A stretch of 64,000 bases of DNA from Candidatus Omnitrophota bacterium (GCA_029571225.1 JAKPTF010000080.1:1230-65229); one strand, 5' to 3'. Shown: positions 18,588 through 28,874, counted from the stretch's first letter. The notes: generated by a model from the letters alone, not told the origin. Translations and numbers: made by a program.

Positions 18588-19769
18588 CTATTTATCGGAC
18601 AATGCCGCAATGCCCGGGAGGGTTTTCCCCTCGAGAAACTCGAGGCTTGCGCCGCCGCCTGTTGAAATATGCGTCATCTTGTCCTGTAATTTGAATTTGG
18701 CAACCGCTGCTGCCGTGTCACCGCCGCCGATGATGGTCACTGCCTTGACGCCCGCAAGGAATTTGCCCACTGCCTCAGTCCCCTTGCTAAAGGCATCCAT
18801 CTCAAATATGCCAAGAGGCCCGTTCCAAACGACTGTCCTGGCAGTTGCAAGCTTTCTATTGAACAATTCTACGGTCCTGGGGCCGATATCCACCGCAATC
18901 TTTCCCTCGGGAATATCCTGGCCGACGACCTGAGTTGCTGCCTTCGGGTCAACAGTGTCAACAACAACATGATCGATAGGAAGAACTATCTCTTTCTTCA
19001 TCGACGCGGCTTTATCCAGAAGGCTCTTTGCGAGGTCGATCTTGTCTTTTTCCAATTTCGAATTGCCGATAGGTTTCCCCTCTGCTTTCAGGAACGTATA
19101 TGCCATGCCGCCGCCTATGATGATCGCGTCGCATTTCGGCAAGAGGTTCTCGATCACGCCGATCTTATCGGAAACTTTGGCCCCGCCGAGTATGACCATA
19201 AACGGCTTTGCGGGATTAGCCACCGCGTCTCCGAGGTATTTGATCTCTTTTTCAAGCAAAAGGCCGGCGCCGGATTTAAGGAACTTGTTTACGCCTGCTG
19301 TGGAGGCATGCGCACGGTGCGCAGTGCCGAAAGCGTCATTCACGAACACCTCGCCTAAAGAAGCGAGCTGCTTTGCGAATACGGGATCATTGCCCTCTTC
19401 TTCGGCGTGATAACGCAGATTCTCAAGCAATATGATCTTCTCAGAAGATGCGGCAACGCCTGATTTTACCGCATCGCCCACGCAATCATCGTAAAATTTG
19501 ACTTTTTCGCCTGTCAACTGTTCAAGTCTGGCTGCAACCGGCTTTAAGCTGTATTTATCAACGCGCTTGCCGTCAGGCCGTCCCAGATGGGACATCAAAA
19601 CAACTTTTTTCGCGCCTTTTTCAAGAATAAACTTTATCGTTGGCACTGTTTCGCGGATACGCGTATCGTCAGTAATCGCTAATGAAGCATCAAGCGGAAC
19701 GTTGAAATCCGCCCGCATAAGAACGGTCTTATCTTTCAAATCAAGGTCTTTAACCGTCATTTTAGCCAT
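18588..19769 (-). CDS. pgk: phosphoglycerate kinase
   Basis: 393 aa; 'RADFNVP', 'GGGDTAAAV'. Confidence 0.97.
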   Translation of the reverse strand: MAKMTVKDLDLKDKTVLMRADFNVPLDASLAITDDTRIRETVPTIKFILEKGAKKVVLMSHLGRPDGKRVDKYSLKPVAARLEQLTGEKVKFYDDCVGDAVKSGVAASSEKIILLENLRYHAEEEGNDPVFAKQLASLGEVFVNDAFGTAHRAHASTAGVNKFLKSGAGLLLEKEIKYLGDAVANPAKPFMVILGGAKVSDKIGVIENLLPKCDAIIIGGGMAYTFLKAEGKPIGNSKLEKDKIDLAKSLLDKAASMKKEIVLPIDHVVVDTVDPKAATQVVGQDIPEGKIAVDIGPRTVELFNRKLATARTVVWNGPLGIFEMDAFSKGTEAVGKFLAGVKAVTIIGGGDTAAAVAKFKLQDKMTHISTGGGASLEFLEGKTLPGIAALSDK

Positions 19770-19822
19770 AGAATACCTCCCTTTTCATGGAAGTAATAAT
19801 ATATAGCATTTTGGCAGATATG

Positions 19823-21460
19823 TCAAAGGATTTTGATGCCGTCTTTACCCAGCACCATGACCGTATCTGCCAGCTTTTGCACTGATTGCCTGTGCGAAAC
19901 TACTATAATCGACCTGCCTTTGCGCCAGGAGCTTAACTGCCTGAATATGTCCTCTTCTGCCAGCGGATCTACCGCAGCCGTGGCTTCATCCATGATAAGT
20001 AAATCCGGTTGCCTGGCCAGAGCCCGCGCTATAGCCAGCCGCTGTTTCTGGCCGTGCGAAAGCCGGCAGGCATCCTCTCCTATGACGGTATCATATCCCT
20101 GCGGCAAGGCTCTGATTTCGTCATGTATACAGGCGATCCGCGCAGCAGCCTCGATATCGCTCTGGCGGATATCCTCAAGCCCGTATGCAATATTCGCGCG
20201 GATTGTGTCGTCGAACAGGAACGGCTGCTGGGATGCGATACCGATGCGGCTTCGCAACGACGCGATGCTTATAACCTTGAAATCGGTTCTGTCATACAGA
20301 ATAATGCCGTTCCATGGTTCATACAACCGCAATAAGAGGTTGAGGATCGTTGATTTACCGCATCCTGAAGGGCCTGTAATGACCGTCATGGAATGCGCTG
20401 GTATTATAAACGACAAATCCCGCAAAACCGGGCTGCCCTCCAGGTAGCCGAAACTGACATTCTTAAACTCGATTTCTCCGTCCAGGCGGCTGACCGGCTG
20501 AGCAGACACGGTATCGGCAACCGAAGCGTCTGCTTCCATGATATCCGATAATTTAGCCAGAGAAACCCTCTCTTCAAGGCAATACTGCCATGCAGTTCCG
20601 GCCGAATGGAACAGCGCGCCCAACTGGGTCAGATAGATCATAACCGCCGTATAACTGCCAAGCGTGACCTCACCGCGGATGATCAACCATCCGCCGTAAA
20701 GCGTTACAAGCCCATAAATAAACTTGGACAGGAAAGACGACAGGAGAGAATCGGCCTGGAGCAAGCGGAAATTCTTTGACTTCCAGCGTAAATTACTGAC
20801 AAGCTCACGCATGAACATCCGGCGTTGCACATGTTCCAGGCCCATTGCCTTAATAATATACATCCGGGACAGGGATTCGAATATCCTGCGGGAGAGAGCT
20901 GAACTGGATTCCCATACACGGCTGAACACGGGCAACAACCGCTTCTGCACGTAAATACTACGCAGTAATAACAGCGGGCTTAAAATCAGCATGAATATCG
21001 TAAGCCGGGGATTGACCGCCATTGCGACCGCCAGGATAATAGCACTCTGGACAATATCCTTGATCATATCCGGGATATGCCCTGTCAGAAAAGAAGCTGT
21101 TGTTTCGATATCAAAGAAACGGTACATCGTCTCCCCTGACGGGACCGACTGAAAAAACGGCAAATCCAGGCCGTATAGCTTCCTTAAGAATCCGCCTGTA
21201 AGCTTTAATCTGACTTGCACCGCTATCCTGTTCTTAAGAAACTCCCCGAAAAACCCTACGGCCGCGCTGAAGATGAAAACAGCGCCTCCGGCTATCGAAA
21301 GGCGTGTAAACGCCTGCCAATCCCTGTTCAGAAATGCCTCGTCGATGAGGAATCCGGAGAAGAACGGAGCGGCGAGGAAGAACGTTCCGGATAGCAATTC
21401 AATGAATACAAGCGCAAAGATCTGTTTTCCAAAGCGTTTCAAAAGCGCACGGAAAGGCAT
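19823..21460 (-). CDS. ABC exporter, fused permease/ATPase (MsbA-like family)
   Basis: N-terminal 6-TM domain; C-terminal 'GPSGCGKST', 'LSHGQKQR', 'LLIMDEATAAVD'; start taken at ATG 21460 ('MPFRALLKRF'), which avoids overlap with ksgA. Confidence 0.85.
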   Translation of the reverse strand: MPFRALLKRFGKQIFALVFIELLSGTFFLAAPFFSGFLIDEAFLNRDWQAFTRLSIAGGAVFIFSAAVGFFGEFLKNRIAVQVRLKLTGGFLRKLYGLDLPFFQSVPSGETMYRFFDIETTASFLTGHIPDMIKDIVQSAIILAVAMAVNPRLTIFMLILSPLLLLRSIYVQKRLLPVFSRVWESSSALSRRIFESLSRMYIIKAMGLEHVQRRMFMRELVSNLRWKSKNFRLLQADSLLSSFLSKFIYGLVTLYGGWLIIRGEVTLGSYTAVMIYLTQLGALFHSAGTAWQYCLEERVSLAKLSDIMEADASVADTVSAQPVSRLDGEIEFKNVSFGYLEGSPVLRDLSFIIPAHSMTVITGPSGCGKSTILNLLLRLYEPWNGIILYDRTDFKVISIASLRSRIGIASQQPFLFDDTIRANIAYGLEDIRQSDIEAAARIACIHDEIRALPQGYDTVIGEDACRLSHGQKQRLAIARALARQPDLLIMDEATAAVDPLAEEDIFRQLSSWRKGRSIIVVSHRQSVQKLADTVMVLGKDGIKIL

Positions 21461-21482
21461 CACGGATAGCGTATGAACGGAG

Positions 21483-22286
21483 TCAATAACACGCACGGCT
21501 GATCTCATCGGTTATGCGGGAAAAATCCAAAAGGCTTAATTCTTCAGCCCTGGTAGTCGGGGATATGCCGGCCGAATCGAAAATCCTTAAAATTTTATCG
21601 GCGGATATAACCGTCTTGAGGGAATTACGTATTTGCTTGCGCCTCTGCTGAAAGGAACCGCGGATAATCCTGAAGAACAGATCTTCATCGTCAACCCGTA
21701 CTGCGGGCTTTCCGCGCATTTCCAGCTTGAGAAAACATGAATCAACTTTCGGAACTGGGAAAAAGCAGGTCCGTTTGATGATAAACTCTATTCTAGGCAG
21801 GGCATAATATTGGACATAACAGCTGAACGCGCCGTAATGCTCGCTCCCCGGTTTTGCGATGATGCGCTGGCCGAATTCCTTCTGCACGGTAAGGTATATG
21901 GCTGATATCCGGTCTCGGAAAGAAAACAAATGCTCGATAATAGGCGATGTTATGTAATAGGGTATATTGCCTACGACCTTGAGTTTGCGCGACGGCGAGA
22001 TAGACGCGACAGAAAGGTCATATTTCAAGATATCCGCATTAATGACGGTCACCCTGGGATCGCCAGAAAACCGGGCTGACAGGGCTGAGCTTAATGAGCG
22101 ATCGACCTCGACTGCAGTGAGTTTTTTTACCCGATGCGCTATTAACCCTGTCAGAGCTCCCTCACCCGGGCCTATTTCTAAGACAATGTCCTCGTCAGAA
22201 AAATCGCACGCGGCAATGATCTTCCGGCGTATGTTCGGGTCCTTAAGGAAATTCTGGCCTAAACTTTTCTTTGGTTTTGGACGCAT
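21483..22286 (-). CDS. rsmA: 16S rRNA (adenine1518/1519-N6)-dimethyltransferase
   Basis: 267 aa; 'SLGQNFL', 'EIGPGEGALT', 'VVGNIPYYITS'. Confidence 0.95.
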   Translation of the reverse strand: MRPKPKKSLGQNFLKDPNIRRKIIAACDFSDEDIVLEIGPGEGALTGLIAHRVKKLTAVEVDRSLSSALSARFSGDPRVTVINADILKYDLSVASISPSRKLKVVGNIPYYITSPIIEHLFSFRDRISAIYLTVQKEFGQRIIAKPGSEHYGAFSCYVQYYALPRIEFIIKRTCFFPVPKVDSCFLKLEMRGKPAVRVDDEDLFFRIIRGSFQQRRKQIRNSLKTVISADKILRIFDSAGISPTTRAEELSLLDFSRITDEISRACY

Positions 22287-23197
22287 CGCAAGGCAAGATT
22301 GACGGCCGCGCGTAAAGAAGACGGATCCGCCTTATGTTTTCCCGCAATATCAAACGCAGTACCGTGTAAAGGCGAGGTTCTGACAAACGGAAGGCCGAGG
22401 GTCAGATTCACCCCTGTCCTGTCTCCGGTAAGTTTCAACGGAATTAATGCCTGGTCATGGTACATCGCAAGGGCACAGTCGTACATGCCGGCGCGGGCTT
22501 GCGCAATAGCGACATCGGCTCCGATGGGGCCGGTGACGCCGGCCAGCCGGCAGGCCCTTAGTGCCGGACGGATGACGCTGTTCTCTTCATTGCCTATAAT
22601 CCCGTTATCTGAACCGTGCGGATTGAGCCCGAGTACAATGATCCTGGGCTTTCGTATGCCGAACAGCCGCTGCAGCGCATCACGGGTGATACGCAGCGTA
22701 GAGCATATGGCAGCCCTGTTAAGCGTACTGCCCACGCGCGACAGCGGCACATGCCTGGTAACCAGACTGAATCTGAAGAAATCATTGACGAGCATCATGA
22801 CTACGCCAGGGCGGTTCGCCTTGGCCGCAAGATATTCCGTATGCCCGCCGTAGGCATATCCCGCCTTATGTACCGCCTCTTTTGAAATCGGCCCTGTCAC
22901 CAGGCAGTCGATCGAACGTGCTGCAAGAAGGTCCATTGCCGCATCAAGATATTCAACTGATGCTTTGCCGTATTCTGCGCATATTCTCCCGAATGCAAAA
23001 CGGCGGCGATCCACGTTTGCCAGGTCAACGAACTGAAAAGGCAGGCGAGAACTTCTTCTGCCTGCCGCTTTATCGAACACGGACCTGTCGCCGATAACGA
23101 CATACCGGACACTCCGGCTGTTCTTCAGGCCGGAGCTGGCAATTATCTCCGGGCCGATGCCGGCGGGATCTCCCATGGTTATGCCTATCCTGATCAT
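22259..23197 (-). CDS. pdxA: 4-hydroxythreonine-4-phosphate dehydrogenase
   Basis: 312 aa; 'TMGDPAGIGPEI', 'LNPHGSDNG', 'RTSPLHGTAFDIAG'. Confidence 0.93.
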   Translation of the reverse strand: MIRIGITMGDPAGIGPEIIASSGLKNSRSVRYVVIGDRSVFDKAAGRRSSRLPFQFVDLANVDRRRFAFGRICAEYGKASVEYLDAAMDLLAARSIDCLVTGPISKEAVHKAGYAYGGHTEYLAAKANRPGVVMMLVNDFFRFSLVTRHVPLSRVGSTLNRAAICSTLRITRDALQRLFGIRKPRIIVLGLNPHGSDNGIIGNEENSVIRPALRACRLAGVTGPIGADVAIAQARAGMYDCALAMYHDQALIPLKLTGDRTGVNLTLGLPFVRTSPLHGTAFDIAGKHKADPSSLRAAVNLALRCVQNQRKV

Positions 23198-23215
23198 AGA
23201 GGATATCCTTGCCCC

Positions 23216-24124
23216 TCAGGGGATCTTGATGTAGGCCTTTTTCTCAAGCTCGCCAAGCCACTCGACCATCTTCTCCTGCATCTTCTTTTCGAAAAGCATG
23301 CGGTTTATGGCGTTCTGGGCTTCTATAAGCTCCTGCTTATAACCCGGTATGATCTTCAAAAGCTTGAACACATAATAGGCGTTGTCGATCTTCACCGGAT
23401 CGGACACGGCGTCAAGATGAAGGGCGAACACGATATTCTCGATCTCCGCTTTCAGCTCGCCGCCTTTTTTCGCAGTGAAGGTGTTCGGCTTTAGCGAATA
23501 TTCGACGGCAACCGCATCTATGACCTTGCCAGCCTTCAGGTCCGCAGCGACCTTACGTGCGCGGGCCTCATCTTCCGTGACGACGGAAACGAACTGCCGC
23601 TGTTCCGGCACGGTAAATTCGGCCGGATGCGCCTCATAATATTCCGTGATCTCGGACGGTTTAACGACGATCTTGCTTTTGATGCGCCTCTCGATGATCT
23701 CATAGGTCATCATCTGGTCGCGCATTTTCTGCTCGAGATCAGCCTCGGTTACCCCCTGCATCTGCAGGAATTCCCGGAATTCCGCTTCGGAGGAATAAGC
23801 GCGCTTCAGCTCCGCAACCTTTGCCTTTATTCGGGTCTTATCAACTACGATATTGCTTTTGCGCGCCTCCTGAAGGATCAGGCGGTCCTCGATGAGCCGC
23901 TTCAGCAGGTCCTGTTTCATGGCATCTATCTGCTGTTCCGCGCGGTCGCGGGTATGGTCCCTCGCCAGCTGAACGCGCATAAAGCTGACAAAACCGTCAA
24001 GGTCCTTTTGCGTGATGATCTCATTGTTCACCACAGCGACGACTTTGTCCTGCGCCAGAGACGCGGGAATTGCCCCGCCTGCGATAACCGCCGCACACGC
24101 GGCAGCAATAATCCATGTCCTCAT
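23216..24124 (-). CDS. SurA/PrsA-like periplasmic chaperone with a degenerate parvulin domain
   Basis: Start taken at ATG 24124 ('MRTWIIAAACAAV...' signal peptide); surA-pdxA-ksgA order as in E. coli. Confidence 0.75.
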   Translation of the reverse strand: MRTWIIAAACAAVIAGGAIPASLAQDKVVAVVNNEIITQKDLDGFVSFMRVQLARDHTRDRAEQQIDAMKQDLLKRLIEDRLILQEARKSNIVVDKTRIKAKVAELKRAYSSEAEFREFLQMQGVTEADLEQKMRDQMMTYEIIERRIKSKIVVKPSEITEYYEAHPAEFTVPEQRQFVSVVTEDEARARKVAADLKAGKVIDAVAVEYSLKPNTFTAKKGGELKAEIENIVFALHLDAVSDPVKIDNAYYVFKLLKIIPGYKQELIEAQNAINRMLFEKKMQEKMVEWLGELEKKAYIKIP

Positions 24125-24144
24125 AATACGGTCCTTTTTTTTAA

Positions 24145-26049
24145 TCACGCAAAATCTGATTTCTTGAAAGCCGAGACCGCCTCTTTTAAAAGCCTGCAAT
24201 AGAGGTCGAACCCTACGGCGTTGATAAACCCGTGCTGTTCAGGGCCGAGCAGGTTGCCAGCTCCCCGTATCTCCAGGTCTTCCATGGCTATCCTGAAGCC
24301 CGCGCCCAGATGGCTGTATTCCTGGAGAGCCTGGAGCCTTTTGGCAGCGATCGTCGATATGGACATCGCCCTGGGAATCACGAAATACGCGTACGCCGGC
24401 CTGTCGAACCTTCCTACCCTGCCGCGGAGCTGATGGAGATCAGATAATCCGAACGTATGCGCATTGTTGACGATGATCGTGTTGGCATTGGGGATATCGA
24501 TCCCTGATTCAATGATCATCGTACACAGAAGGATATCTATCCTTCCCTGGAGGAAATCGGCCATGGCCTCTTCAAGCACGGATGACTGCATCTGGCCATG
24601 CGCAACCCTGATACGGGTATCGGCCGGCACCAGGCGCTTGACCTTCTCATGCAGCCTGCCGATGTCCTCGATGCGGTTGTGCAGGAAAAAAACCTGCCCC
24701 TTCCTGTTCAATTCCCTATTCAACGCCTGCTTGAGGATATCCTCATCATATTCTACCACGACGGTCGTGATAGGCAACCTATTTTCAGGCGGCGTATTGA
24801 TGACCGAGAGGTCGCGCGCTCCCATGAGCGACATGTACAGGGTCCGCGGGATAGGCGTGGCGGTCAGGGTGATGACGTCTGTCGTGAGGCGAAGGGCCTT
24901 TAACTTCTCCTTTGCCCGCACCCCGAAACGCTGTTCTTCGTCAATGATGACCAGGCCCAGGTTCTTGAAGCGCACGTCCTCGGAGAGCATGCGGTGCGTG
25001 CCGATGACGATATCCACGCCGCCCTGCGCGATACGGGCGATGATGGCCTTCTGCTGGGCCTGCGTCCTGAACCTGGATAGCATCTCTACATTGACGGGAA
25101 AATCCTTAAGCCGCGTTGAGAAGTTCTGGAAATGCTGTTCCGCCAGTATCGTCGTCGGCACCAGATATGCGACCTGCTTGCCGTCAATGACCGCCTTAAA
25201 CGCGGCGCGCATGGCGACCTCTGTCTTGCCGTAACCCACGTCCCCGCATATCAATCGGTCCATGGGCCTTTCGGCCTCCATATCCGCCCTGACCTGGCCG
25301 CACGCCGCGGCCTGGTCAGGCGTCTCTTTATACGGGAACGTTTGCGCGAAATCACGGTGCCAGTCCGTGTCCGGGGAAAACGCCCGGCGCCTGGTATTCA
25401 TGCGCAATGCCTGCAACGATAGCAGATCCCAGGCGAGCTTTTCAATCCCTTTGCGCGCGCGCTGTTTGATCCTCTGCCATTCCTTGCTACCGAGGCGGTT
25501 GAGCTTTGGCCTGCGCACGTGAAAGGCGATGTATTTCTGCACCAGGTGCATGGATTCTACGGGCACGAAAAGCTTTTCTCCCGCCTCATACTCTATGACC
25601 AGGTGATCCCGGGGCTTATCCTGCCTGCGCAGCTTCTCTATCCCTCTGTATCTGCCGACGCCGTGATCGTTATGCACGACATAATCTCCGGGCTGGATAT
25701 CGACGAAGTTATCAAGGGGGAACTGTTCTGAGAACCCGGGCCTGGCCGCGGAGGTCTTCCTGTACGGCAGGATGATGACCATCTGATGATCCCAGAGGCC
25801 GGTCCCCTTTACGGGATCAAAGGTCCTGATGGAAGCGACAGTGTCGTCGGAAAACTCGACGCGGACGGGCAGCTCGAAGGTAAACGCGAAAACGTCAAGG
25901 ATGCTGCCGCGGCGGCAGAAATCGCCTTCGTGCAGAACCGCGTCCTGGCGTTTATACCCAAATTCGGCCAGCGTGGCGTTCAATCGGTCAAAATCAAGGT
26001 TCGCGCCTCTATAAATCTTCAGTGACCTGAACATAGGGGTTAAAGACAA
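24145..26049 (-). CDS. mfd: transcription-repair coupling factor, short form (634 aa)
   Basis: CarD-like RNAP-interaction motif 'GDYVVHNDHGVGRY'; SF2 motifs 'GDVGYGKTEVA', 'IIDEEQRFG', 'TATPIPRT', 'RGRVGR'; the track start 26049 is TTG and the first ATG is at 26034. Confidence 0.85.
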   Translation of the reverse strand: MSLTPMFRSLKIYRGANLDFDRLNATLAEFGYKRQDAVLHEGDFCRRGSILDVFAFTFELPVRVEFSDDTVASIRTFDPVKGTGLWDHQMVIILPYRKTSAARPGFSEQFPLDNFVDIQPGDYVVHNDHGVGRYRGIEKLRRQDKPRDHLVIEYEAGEKLFVPVESMHLVQKYIAFHVRRPKLNRLGSKEWQRIKQRARKGIEKLAWDLLSLQALRMNTRRRAFSPDTDWHRDFAQTFPYKETPDQAAACGQVRADMEAERPMDRLICGDVGYGKTEVAMRAAFKAVIDGKQVAYLVPTTILAEQHFQNFSTRLKDFPVNVEMLSRFRTQAQQKAIIARIAQGGVDIVIGTHRMLSEDVRFKNLGLVIIDEEQRFGVRAKEKLKALRLTTDVITLTATPIPRTLYMSLMGARDLSVINTPPENRLPITTVVVEYDEDILKQALNRELNRKGQVFFLHNRIEDIGRLHEKVKRLVPADTRIRVAHGQMQSSVLEEAMADFLQGRIDILLCTMIIESGIDIPNANTIIVNNAHTFGLSDLHQLRGRVGRFDRPAYAYFVIPRAMSISTIAAKRLQALQEYSHLGAGFRIAMEDLEIRGAGNLLGPEQHGFINAVGFDLYCRLLKEAVSAFKKSDFA

Positions 26050-26093
26050 ACGCCCCCGTCATCTTGCCTTTTGCGCGGCAAAACGCGGGGGCG
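26042..26093 (-). terminator. probable intrinsic terminator after secDF
   Basis: Minus strand reads CGCCCCCG-(27-nt loop with an inner TTTTGC/GCAAAA hairpin)-CGGGGGCG followed by TTTGTCTTT. Confidence 0.55.
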
Positions 26094-26110
26094 GTTGCGG
26101 CAGTGAACGG

Positions 26111-28312
26111 CTATTTTTCTTTCTTCCCGCTCATCGCTATGACAAGCGGCGAAGCGATAAACACGGTCGAATAGATGCCGGAGATAAAGCCCACAAGTAG
26201 GGTGAACGCGAAATTGCTTAAGACCTCTCCGCCCCAGATCATTATCGAGATAACAACGAGCAGGGTTACGCCCGAAGTCAGCAATGTCCTGGCCAGCGTC
26301 TGATTGACGCTTATGTTGATGAGTTCTTTGAGCGTGGCCTTGCGCAAAAGCCTGGCATTCTCGCGAACGCGGTCATAGATAACGATCGTATCGTTGATCG
26401 AATAACCGGCTATGGTCAAAAACGCAGTGACTGACAGAAGGTCTATCTGCCTGCCGGTAAGAGCAAGCGCTCCGACCGCAACGGCGACGTCGTGAAGCAA
26501 CGCGACCACGCCGGCGACCGCGAAATTGAAATGCTTGAACCTGAATCCGACATAGACGAGAATGCCCACCATTGCCCAGATGATGGCGGCGAGCGCCTTG
26601 TCCTTCAGATGCTTTCCAGCCACAGGTCCGACGCGCTCGATGCGCAGTATCTGGATATTCTCCTGCGGGAACACCGCCTTGAGCTTTTCGGTGATCTGGA
26701 CGTTCTTATCCTCGGACGTGCGTATCAGGACGACGTTCGGATTCTCCTTGAACTGCTGGATTGAGGCGTCGGCAAGGCCGAGATCCTTAAGGCCTGCTCG
26801 AATCTTCTCTATCTCAACCGGGTTATTGAAACTGTATTCCTGCAGCTGGCCGCCGGCAAAATCTATCCCGAAGACCTTTTTGCCCTGGCTGAAAAACGAG
26901 AACAACCCGGCGCCTATGACAATTAAGGATATAGCGTAGAAGATGTAGCGTTTGCCGATAAAATCGAATTTTGTTTCGCCGATAAGCTTCATCATCGGCA
27001 AAGACTTGATAAGGTTGAAACTAAGGCATATCTCGAACAGGACCCTCGTCACCACGATAGCCGTAAACATGCTGGTGATCAAACCGATGGTTAAAGTGAC
27101 CGCAAACCCTCTGATGGGGCCTGTGCCGAACTGAAACATGAAAAATGCGGCCAGCAGCGTGGTCAGGTTGGAATCAAAGATGGCGCTGAACGCTTTTTCG
27201 TAGCCGTTAGCGATCGCGGTCCGGAGGTTCCTGCCTGCGGCCAGCTCCTCCCTGATGCGCTCGTTGATAAGGACGTTAGCATCGACAGCCATGCCCAGGG
27301 ACAGCACAAGGCCGGCGATACCCGGCAATGTCATCGTGGCGGAAATGCCGTGGAACAACAGGGGAAGCATGCCGAGAATACCCAGCGTAAGCAACGCGTT
27401 CAACAAAATCGCGGTTACGGAAAATACGCCTGCAACAAAGTAATACGCGATCATAGCGGCAAACACAAGGCCGCAACCGATAAGCGAAGCCTTGACGCCG
27501 CTCTTGATGGAATCTGAGCCCAAAAGCGGCCCGACGGTCCGCTCCTCTTCGATTGTCATGGGAGCCGGGAGCGCGCCGACGCGAAGTATCAACGCCAGGT
27601 CAGCCGCCTGATCAGGATTGAACCTGCCGGTTATGACCGCTTCGCCCGAAGGAATCGCCTCTTTGATGTTCGGCGCGGACTGAACCTTGCCGTCAAGCAC
27701 TATGGCAAGCCGCCTGCCCACGTTCGCCGCGGTGATCTCGGCGAATTTCTTTGCTCCCTCCGCGTTGAACCGTATTGACACCACCGGTTCACCGAACCCG
27801 CTCTGGCTGAAAGTCACCTGTGCGTCGGTCAGGGAATCCCCGGTGAGCGCAGCCGCCTTTTCGAGCAACACAGGCTCATGGTCCTCTTCCGTATACTTCA
27901 ATTCATATCCCTCGGGCACAGTGCCCTCAAGCGCCAGCTTCATCTTATCGCTATCACGCTCGACAAGCCTGAACTCAAGAAGCGCGGTCCTGCCGATAAC
28001 CTCCAGGGCCCGGTTCCGGTCTGTGATGCCGGGCAGCTGCACCACGATCTCATCTGAGCCCTGCTTCTGAATCGAGGTCTCTCTCACCCCGAACTGGTCA
28101 ATGCGATTGCGAATCACCTCTATGGCACGGTCCGCCGCGTCGGCCTTTGCCTTCTCGTTTAATTTGGACGTGTCCACCTTTAAGAGAAGATGCATGCCGC
28201 CCTGCAGATCCAGCCCCAGGTTGATGCGTTTATCAAGCGGGAAGGCGAACCACGCGCAGGCACAGCATATCCCGAGGATAAGCGCTATCCTTAATTGAAG
28301 TTTTTTATCCAT
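26111..28312 (-). CDS. secDF: protein translocase subunit SecDF (fused)
   Basis: 733 aa; SecD-type periplasmic domain plus 6 TM helices, followed by a SecF-type half. Confidence 0.93.
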   Translation of the reverse strand: MDKKLQLRIALILGICCACAWFAFPLDKRINLGLDLQGGMHLLLKVDTSKLNEKAKADAADRAIEVIRNRIDQFGVRETSIQKQGSDEIVVQLPGITDRNRALEVIGRTALLEFRLVERDSDKMKLALEGTVPEGYELKYTEEDHEPVLLEKAAALTGDSLTDAQVTFSQSGFGEPVVSIRFNAEGAKKFAEITAANVGRRLAIVLDGKVQSAPNIKEAIPSGEAVITGRFNPDQAADLALILRVGALPAPMTIEEERTVGPLLGSDSIKSGVKASLIGCGLVFAAMIAYYFVAGVFSVTAILLNALLTLGILGMLPLLFHGISATMTLPGIAGLVLSLGMAVDANVLINERIREELAAGRNLRTAIANGYEKAFSAIFDSNLTTLLAAFFMFQFGTGPIRGFAVTLTIGLITSMFTAIVVTRVLFEICLSFNLIKSLPMMKLIGETKFDFIGKRYIFYAISLIVIGAGLFSFFSQGKKVFGIDFAGGQLQEYSFNNPVEIEKIRAGLKDLGLADASIQQFKENPNVVLIRTSEDKNVQITEKLKAVFPQENIQILRIERVGPVAGKHLKDKALAAIIWAMVGILVYVGFRFKHFNFAVAGVVALLHDVAVAVGALALTGRQIDLLSVTAFLTIAGYSINDTIVIYDRVRENARLLRKATLKELINISVNQTLARTLLTSGVTLLVVISIMIWGGEVLSNFAFTLLVGFISGIYSTVFIASPLVIAMSGKKEK

Positions 28313-28314
28313 GC

Positions 28315-28614
28315 TTACTTTCCTTCACTCGTTGCTGGTTTTGTTTTTACATGCGCCACTGCGGCCTTATCGACCTCTATCTTGGCGTTATCGTCAACCC
28401 TGATGACCACGGTCGTATCTTTGACGTTGACGACGGTCCCGTGTATGCCGGATGACGTCACAACCTCATCGTTCTTGGCCAGGCGCGCCAAAAGCGCCTT
28501 ATGCTCCTTTTCGCGCTGTTTCTGCGGCCTGATAATAAGGAAATAAAATATCCCGAATATGAAGATGAACGGGACAAACTGCATAATCGGGCTGACCTGC
28601 GTCTGCGGAGGCAT
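28315..28614 (-). CDS. yajC: preprotein translocase subunit YajC
   Basis: 99 aa; single TM helix then 'IIRPQKQREKEHKALL...GIHGTVV'. Confidence 0.9.
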   Translation of the reverse strand: MPPQTQVSPIMQFVPFIFIFGIFYFLIIRPQKQREKEHKALLARLAKNDEVVTSSGIHGTVVNVKDTTVVIRVDDNAKIEVDKAAVAHVKTKPATSEGK

Positions 28615-28874
28615 TACGCGCCTCCTTTTGCCGCCTGGGCCCTGACCTTCTTCACGACTGCGGCAACGGCGGCGGTGGGCTTTGCCCCTTTGCCGAGCCA
28701 GTACTCATAGCGGTCGATCTTGACCTTCGACTGTTTTGAAACGGGATTGTGGAAACCGATCTCTTCGATAAACCTGCCATCCCGCGTCGTGCGTTCGTCA
28801 AAAACGGTGATGCGCCAATGAGGTTTCTTGATCGGGTTCTTGCCTATCCTTCTGAATCTTATCCTTACTGCCAT
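28614..28874 (-). CDS. rpsP: 30S ribosomal protein S16
   Basis: 86 aa; 'MAVRIRFRRIG...HWRITVFDERTTRDGRFIEEIGFHNP'. Confidence 0.95.
   Translation of the reverse strand: MAVRIRFRRIGKNPIKKPHWRITVFDERTTRDGRFIEEIGFHNPVSKQSKVKIDRYEYWLGKGAKPTAAVAAVVKKVRAQAAKGGA

Noticed and set aside
22259-22286. Gene overlaps pdxA/ksgA (28 nt) and htrA/recX (38 nt, 38264-38301) as possible frameshifts or pseudogenes
   Set aside because: Both partners are full length with intact motifs and ATG starts. Overlaps of this size are compatible with normal coupled genes.
24125-24199. Longer starts for the surA-like gene (24199), alaS (37871), the ABC exporter (21508) and the receiver domain (48064)
   Set aside because: Internal ATGs give canonical N-termini (signal peptide, conserved AlaS start, Shine-Dalgarno-preceded start). 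They also remove or shorten overlaps with upstream genes.
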